From: Octopus bimaculoides
Taxonomy: Eukaryota
NCBI RefSeq assembly: GCF_001194135.2
Contig: NC_069001.1
Coordinates: 23,556,919 to 23,597,734 of the forward strand
DNA length: 40,816 nt
Direction: 5' to 3'
This document shows positions 35,068-40,816 of the stretch, piece by piece. A program made the translations under genes and the position numbers. The notes below the pieces were generated by a model. The model was not told the origin of the DNA. It saw only the letters and a program-made list of their open reading frames with translations, and searched no databases. Each line of letters starts with the position of its first letter. Position 1 is the stretch's first letter.

Positions 35068-35390
35068 ACTCTGCTGAGGTCGACTTTGCCTTTCATCCTT
35101 TCGGGGTTGATAAACTAAGTACCAGTTGCATACTGGAGTCGATCTAATCGACTGGCCCCCCTCCCACCAAATTTCAGGCCTTGTGCCTATAATAGAAAGG
35201 ATTATTATTATTATTATTGGAAAAGTGGTGAGCTGGCAGAACTTAGCATGCTGGGCAAAATGCTTAGTGGCATATTGTCTGTCTTTATGTTCTGAGTTCA
35301 AATTCTTCCCAGGCCGATTTTACTTTTCATCCTTTCGGGGTCAATAAATTAAGTATCAGTGAAACACTGGGATTGATGTAATCGTCTGTA
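35066..35390 (+). mobile_element. Two adjacent SINE family B pieces (3' half 35066-35200; 5' part 35226-35390) among (ATT)n tracts
   Basis: The family B core gaggtcgactttgcctttcatcctttcgggg and its variant occur twice. Confidence 0.85.
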
Positions 35391-35592
35391 GAAAGGATTT
35401 GTAGTGACTCCTAGTGGCTACGATGGGAAGCAAAATGGAAAAGGGCTATAACGAGAGTTATTTCCCTTGAGCTTCTAGAAGTTTTGAGACCTTTCCGGAA
35501 GCTTCCAGTTTACGTGGAAGTTGGGGACTACCGGTCCATCCCTTATACAAAGGAAAGAAATTCTAAAATGGATAACCCTGATATCACTATAG

Positions 35593-36065
35593 ATTATTAT
35601 TATTATTGAAGACATCACACAGTACCCAATATTGTGATGTAGACTGAAGATAGAGTGTATACTGGGAATTTATGCTGCCTGTCAAGCCTCAGAAAGACAG
35701 TACTTTACACAGTATGTATACAGTTCCAAATAAAACCAGCTTTTGCACTATACTAACATTGTTGGGTATTAGTAACGTATCCAGATGTTTCTTCATGTTA
35801 GGTGGTATTGAGCCCAATGCTCCAATGACAACAAAGACAAATTTTATGTTGGACTTTCGCAGCTGCCTAATCTTGGTGATTTCTCAATTTTCAGGTTTCC
35901 ATATTTATCAACCCTTTATCTTTCTTTCATGATATGTTGATCTCCTGGCACTGCCATGTTGATTATTAGACATTCTTGCTTGTTCCTCCTGAAGGCTCCT
36001 ATATCTAGTCTTTGGTGTTCTAACACCTTGTTTTTCTGGAAGTCTCACAAGGTCTCTTTCTGCAC
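35593..36065 (-). mobile_element. R4/Dong-clade LINE 3' end (restriction-like endonuclease) beside an (AAT)n tract
   Basis: L*DFQ, LEHQRLDI (RPDI), CLIINMAVPGD, VVIGALGSIP and VQKLVLFGTVYILCKVLS*; a short 3'UTR is followed by (TAT)n at 35593-35607. Confidence 0.82.
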
Positions 36066-36079
36066 ATTATAAGCTATGA

Positions 36080-36390
36080 TATTTGGTTGTTAATTATCAT
36101 GGGACACATCCAGTTCCCTATCTCAAAATCCTAGCTGGTCCCAGCAGTGCAGTTTTTTGCACTTCCTCTGCTCACATGTCAATTCCGATTTCTCTGACAT
36201 TTTTCTCGAACTTGGCTGTTAGTGCTCCGAGTACCCCTACAACTACTGGGATGAAAGACACTCTCCTCATAGCTCACATTCTTGCAATTTCGTTTTTTAG
36301 TAGTCTGTACTTTTACATCTTTTCTAGTTCTTTGTCACTTATGCATGCATCTCCAGGTATTGCAATATCCATAACATTGATTTCCTTTTT
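36080..36390 (-). mobile_element. Second R4/Dong-clade LINE 3' end
   Basis: MDIAIPGD...KELEKM*KYRLLKNEIARM, IPVVVGVLGAL and VQKTALLGPARILR. Confidence 0.87.
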
Positions 36391-36400
36391 TTCCTTTTAT

Positions 36401-36605
36401 CTCTTTTACTTGTTTCAGTCATTTGACTGCAGCCATGCTGGAGCACCGCCTTTAGTCGAGCAAATCAACCCCAGGACTTATTCTTTGGAAGCCTAGTACT
36501 TATTCTATCATTCTCTTTTGCTGAACTGTTAAGTTACGGGGATGTAAACACACCACCATTGGTTGTCAAGCGATGTTGGAGAGACAAACATACACACACA
36601 AACAT

Positions 36606-36655
<50 letters not shown>

Positions 36656-36843
36656 ATATATATATACATATATATATACGGCGGGCTTCTTTCAGTTTCC
36701 GACTACCAAATCCACTCACAAGGCTTTGGTCGGCCTGAGGCTATAGTAGAAGACACTTGCCCAAGCTGCCACATAGTGGAAATCAACTCGGAACCATGGT
36801 GTTGGTAAGCAAGCTACTTACCACACAGCCACTCCTGCGCCTA
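36401..36843 (-). mobile_element. SINE family A, full length
   Basis: Reverse complement of 30225-30640 with an expanded internal (CA)n tract. Confidence 0.94.
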
Positions 36844-37144
36844 TACAGTATATTTCCACAATACCCCTTAGGTAATCCCAATAACCTTTTAAATCTACAT
36901 TTTAACTCTCAATCCCTGTTTAATTTCTCAATCATACTCGAATATTACAACCATCTAATTATATTTGTGTGTATATGTGTGCATGCATATGTGCGTGTAT
37001 TTGTATGTGTGTGTATGCATGTATGTATGTATGTGTGCATATGTGAATGTGTGAATGTATGCAAGCTATGTATACCTACGTATACAGGGACGAGAATACA
37101 TACAGATACACGTATATATGGGTGTGCATGTGTACATATACACA

Positions 37145-37440
37145 TGAGTACGAGTTTTATATGTAGGTCGCTCCAATGCCGCCGAACTGGTTCCCGTGCA
37201 GGTGGCTTGTAAAAAATACCTTTTTGAGCATGGCCGTTGCCAGTACCGTGTGCCAGTGTCACCTAAAAGCACCCACTACACTCTCGGAGTGGTTGGTGTT
37301 AGGAAGGGCATCCAGCTGTAGAAACTCTGCCAGATCAGATTGGAGCCTGATGCAGCCTTCTGGCTTGCTAGTCCTCAGTCAAATCGTCCAACCCATGCTA
37401 GAATGGAAAGTGGACATTAAACGATGATGATGATGATGAT
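37145..37440 (+). mobile_element. RTE LINE 3'UTR fragment with (GAT)n tail
   Basis: aaaagcacccactacactc...ggaagggcatccagctgtagaaac...aaacgatgatgat. Confidence 0.8.
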
Positions 37441-37621
37441 CTGTATAAATATATATGCACATGTCTAATATATACATATGTATACATCTTCGCATATATA
37501 TTTTCTTCTTCTACTAAGCACTGACCTGTCCAACCACCTAATCTATATTCCTAAATTCTTCATTCCATACTACTACCCCTCTCTCTGCTTCATCACTTAG
37601 ACTGTATCACCTTTCAAGTGT

Positions 37622-37950
37622 TGGGCCTCACGGAGGCAATGACATATGACCGAGACAGTTGGCATTATGCCATGCTTGAGCAGAAAACTCATCAAACCAA
37701 GTAAAATCACAGTCATGGCAGATGCCGGTGTCACACAAATGGCACGCCTGCCAGTGGCATGTAAAAGCACCCATTACACTTTTTAGATTGGTTGGCATTA
37801 GGAAGGGCATCTAGCTGTAGAAACCATGCCAAATCAGACTGGAGTCCGGTGTGGCCTTCCAGCTTGCCAACCCTGGTCAAATTGTGAAACCCATGCCAAC
37901 TTCGACATTTGACGTTAAATGAGGATGATGATGATGATGATGATGATGAT
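37622..37950 (+). mobile_element. 5'-truncated RTE LINE: ORF end, 3'UTR and (GAT)n tail
   Basis: LGLTEAMTYDRDSWHYAML (cf. 38572 copy) runs into the ggaagggcatc module and (gat)n. Confidence 0.82.
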
Positions 37951-37952
37951 TG

Positions 37953-38180
37953 GAGTAAATTTAGCTTACAACTGTTTCCAGTAATCATTATAGGGATGTT
38001 ATGGATAGGTTTGCTGAATTGGTCTATTGATCAGTTGAGAAAAGTTGAATGACCTTAAAGTAGGATTAATTTGTTTTAGGCTGTTCAATTTTTCTCACTT
38101 GATCAATACCTTAATTGAGTAAACCTATCAGCGATGTACCTATAATGACTACTAGAAACAGCTGTAAGCCAAATTTACTC
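37953..38180. mobile_element. Foldback MITE or palindrome, arms about 95 bp, moderately diverged
   Basis: gagtaaatttagcttacaactgtttccagta...gagaaaagttgaa versus ttcaatttttctc...tactagaaacagctgtaagccaaatttactc; spacer about 34 bp. Confidence 0.8.
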
Positions 38181-38571
38181 TAATGAAGAAAAAATATGTA
38201 AGGATCATTATTTATGTCTTGTCTTATATATATATATTGTGACTCAGTTGTGTAATTATATTAGGTGAAGTATTTATAGAATTTCATTTTATGAGAAAAG
38301 TTTAGAATTACATTTTGCGGCTCTTGAGTTTAATTATATTCTGAGACAGAATTATGGAATTGTATTGCATGAGGCTCTTGGGGAATCTCTCTTCATTGTG
38401 CAATTAAATGTGTGATGCTGTTTCATAATTACATCTGAGGCACAATTACTGAGATGCATCTTGTGATGTAATTATATAAATGCATCTTGTAATAATACAG
38501 TTGTTAGATTACATTATATGATGCTGGCTGTAGTAAGTTAAATCTTGCAACATAATTATAGAATTAGATTT

Positions 38572-38830
38572 CTCACCCTAGCGGTTGAGGGAACCTGTGG
38601 AAGAGGTAGACCCAGGAAGACCTGGGATGAAGTAGTGAAGCACGACCTTCAAACATTAGGCCTCACTGAGGCAATGTCTAGTGACTGAAACCTTTGGAAA
38701 TATGCTGTGCCTGAGAAGACCCGCCAAGCCAAGTGAGACCATAACCCGTGGCCTATGCCAGTGGTGTAACCAGCCCACTTATGCGTACCTTTCCTTCATT
38801 GGACACTAAACTCTGCTTGCAAAGATCTGT
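38572..38830 (+). mobile_element. RTE LINE ORF C-terminus and start of 3'UTR
   Basis: LAVEGTCGRGRPRKTWDEVVKHDLQTLGLTEAMSSD*NLWKYAV. Confidence 0.9.
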
Positions 38831-39464
38831 TGCGAAGAATCTTGCTTTGTAACCTTGCAGTTTTATGTTTGATTCCTTTGTGTAGCATTTTGGGCAGGTG
38901 TCTTCTATTGCCTCGGGTGAGCCATTGCTTTCTGAACCAGGTACATGGAAACTGTATGGAAGTTGTATGTGTGCATGTATATATATATCTTCAATATTAT
39001 TTTTAAAAATACATATTTATTATGGACATCAGGTAATGCATGCACAATGAGATACAGTAACCTCATTTATATTGTCCTTAGCTGGAGTGAAGTGTTCATG
39101 ACTAGACTACAGTTTATATGCATGCATGAACATAAGTAACCTGTCATTTGAATTTCTACTTGGCAAACCTTTCATGTTTGAATATCTCTACAACTTCATT
39201 TGCTGTTAGTGTGTCCTATAAGCCATTCAAAAATTTTCATAGTTTTTTTTCTTGCACATTTATTATTGTTAATAGTATGTATTTTCTCCCTGCTTCTTTA
39301 ATACAAATGATTTTTTTTTTACACCTGTTTCAGTTGCTGAGAACGTTTTGTATTGAAATATTTTCTGTAGTAGGATTCACTCTTATTGATACAGCTTACA
39401 TTTCGCTATCTTTTTATCAATTTATATTCTTCATTTAGACATCATAATTTTTTTATATTAATTT

Positions 39465-39640
39465 CAGATTTTGGTACAAGGCCAGCAATTTCAGTTAAAG
39501 GGGTAAGTCACTTACATTGACCCCGGCATTCAACTGGTACTTATTTTATTGAATGTGAAAGGATAAATGGCAAAGTTGACTTTGGCAGCATCTGAACTCA
39601 GAATGTAAAGATGGCATGCTGACAATTCTGCTAATCTTAT
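39465..39640 (-). mobile_element. SINE family B, degenerate
   Basis: ggtacaaggccagcaatt...caactggtacttatttt...ggcaaagttgac...tgaactcagaa. Confidence 0.75.
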
Positions 39641-40109
39641 TATTTTTTTAATATCAAATGCACATTTTGTCGACAACTACTTTGCCATATTTCATCCTAT
39701 AGTTGTCCTCTTTAAACTTTACATTTTCAACTGTTGTATGCTATGTTTGCATTCTACAAAGAATTAATATTTCATTGCTTTAACAATAGTAAATATACTT
39801 TCAGTATTTTTCTTTTCAACAGAAGTAATACTAAGATTACCTTGCTTCACATTTAACCTTCATTTTGTATGTAACAATATTCGATTATATATTTGCATGC
39901 TATATATAAGCAAACAATACACTTCTCTTATTAGGTTTGCATCAAAAGGGTGACAATAGTGTGAATGTTAATTTTTCACTATACATAAATGTAGATAGGG
40001 TAACAGTATTTACGATGATATTGAGTTTAGTAATAAATATTAGCTGTATTAAAAACGTGTTGAAGTATAGCTGGTGTGTGCGTGTGTATTTGTGACTGTG
40101 CAGGTGCTA

Positions 40110-40360
40110 CTTAAAACACTCAGTTCACACTGTAAAATGGTCGGTGTTCGGAAGGGCATCCAGCTGTAAAAACTTTGCCAAAACTGACCTCAACTATGCT
40201 TGTGTCACCTAAAATGCACTAAGTCCACTCTGCTGAGTGGTTGGTATTAGGAATGGCATCCATCTGTAAAAATCCTGCCAAAAGAGTCACAGAAGTCTGG
40301 TGCAGGCTTCGGCCTGGCTAGCACTTGTGGTACCGTCCCACTCATGCTAGCATCATGATA
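40110..40360 (+). mobile_element. Two tandem RTE 3'UTR modules
   Basis: gga(a/t)ggcatcca(g/t)ctgtaaaaa occurs at about 40150 and 40250. Confidence 0.65.
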
Positions 40361-40399
40361 CACATACATACACACACACACACACACATACACACACAC

Positions 40400-40433
<34 letters not shown>

Positions 40434-40454
40434 CATCATAAATATAAGGGATGT

Positions 40455-40816
40455 TAAAAATACCTAGCCAAGGATAAACCTCTGTACCTGGCTTTCGTTG
40501 ACATGGAGAAAGCCTTTGACAGGGTCCCCCGATCCCTTATCTGGTGGTCAATGAGGAAACTTGGGATAGAAGAATGGCTAGTGAGAGCTGTGCGAGCCAT
40601 GTACAGAGATGCGGCCAGTAAGGTGAGGGTTGGAAATGAGTACAGCAATGAATTCCGGGTAGAGGTAGGGGTCCACCAAGGTTCCGTCCTCAGCCTCCAC
40701 AGAGGAGTTCAAGACAGGTTGCCCCTGGGAGCTCCTCTATGCTGATGACCTTGCCCTAATTGCGGAGTCACTATCAGAACTAGAGGAGAAGTTTCAGGTG
40801 TGGAAGCAAGGTCTAG
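40455..40816 (+). mobile_element. RTE-clade LINE reverse transcriptase fragment (frameshifted by a small deletion, runs off the window end)
   Basis: YLAFVDMEKAFDRVPR...GVHQGSVLS, a deletion of the PLLFII segment, then TEEFKTGCPWELLYADDLALIAES. Confidence 0.96.

Overview
AT-rich, repeat-dense animal genomic DNA, most likely intronic or intergenic sequence from an octopus or other coleoid cephalopod. This is inferred from the microsatellite load and the SINE, RTE and mariner repertoire, not from a database match. I recognise no intact host gene, RNA gene or CRISPR array. Most listed ORFs are microsatellite or SINE read-through. The window is a layered graveyard of mobile elements: Penelope-like RT/GIY-YIG relics, RTE and RTEX LINE fragments, two R4/Dong LINE 3' ends, a Helitron Rep fragment, mariner, Tc1 and two TIR-bounded maT-type (DD37D) elements, several MITEs and at least four SINE-like families. 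The most notable oddities are a 61-bp near-perfect hairpin (8771-8920), an RTE tail encoding three C2H2 fingers (20531-21060), a three-level nested insertion whose empty site is also present in the window, tandem Dong elements beside an (AAT)n tract, a compact cluster of heat-shock-element motifs, and a diverged repeat pair with a 35/36-identical core. Motif alignments were done by eye, so element boundaries are approximate.
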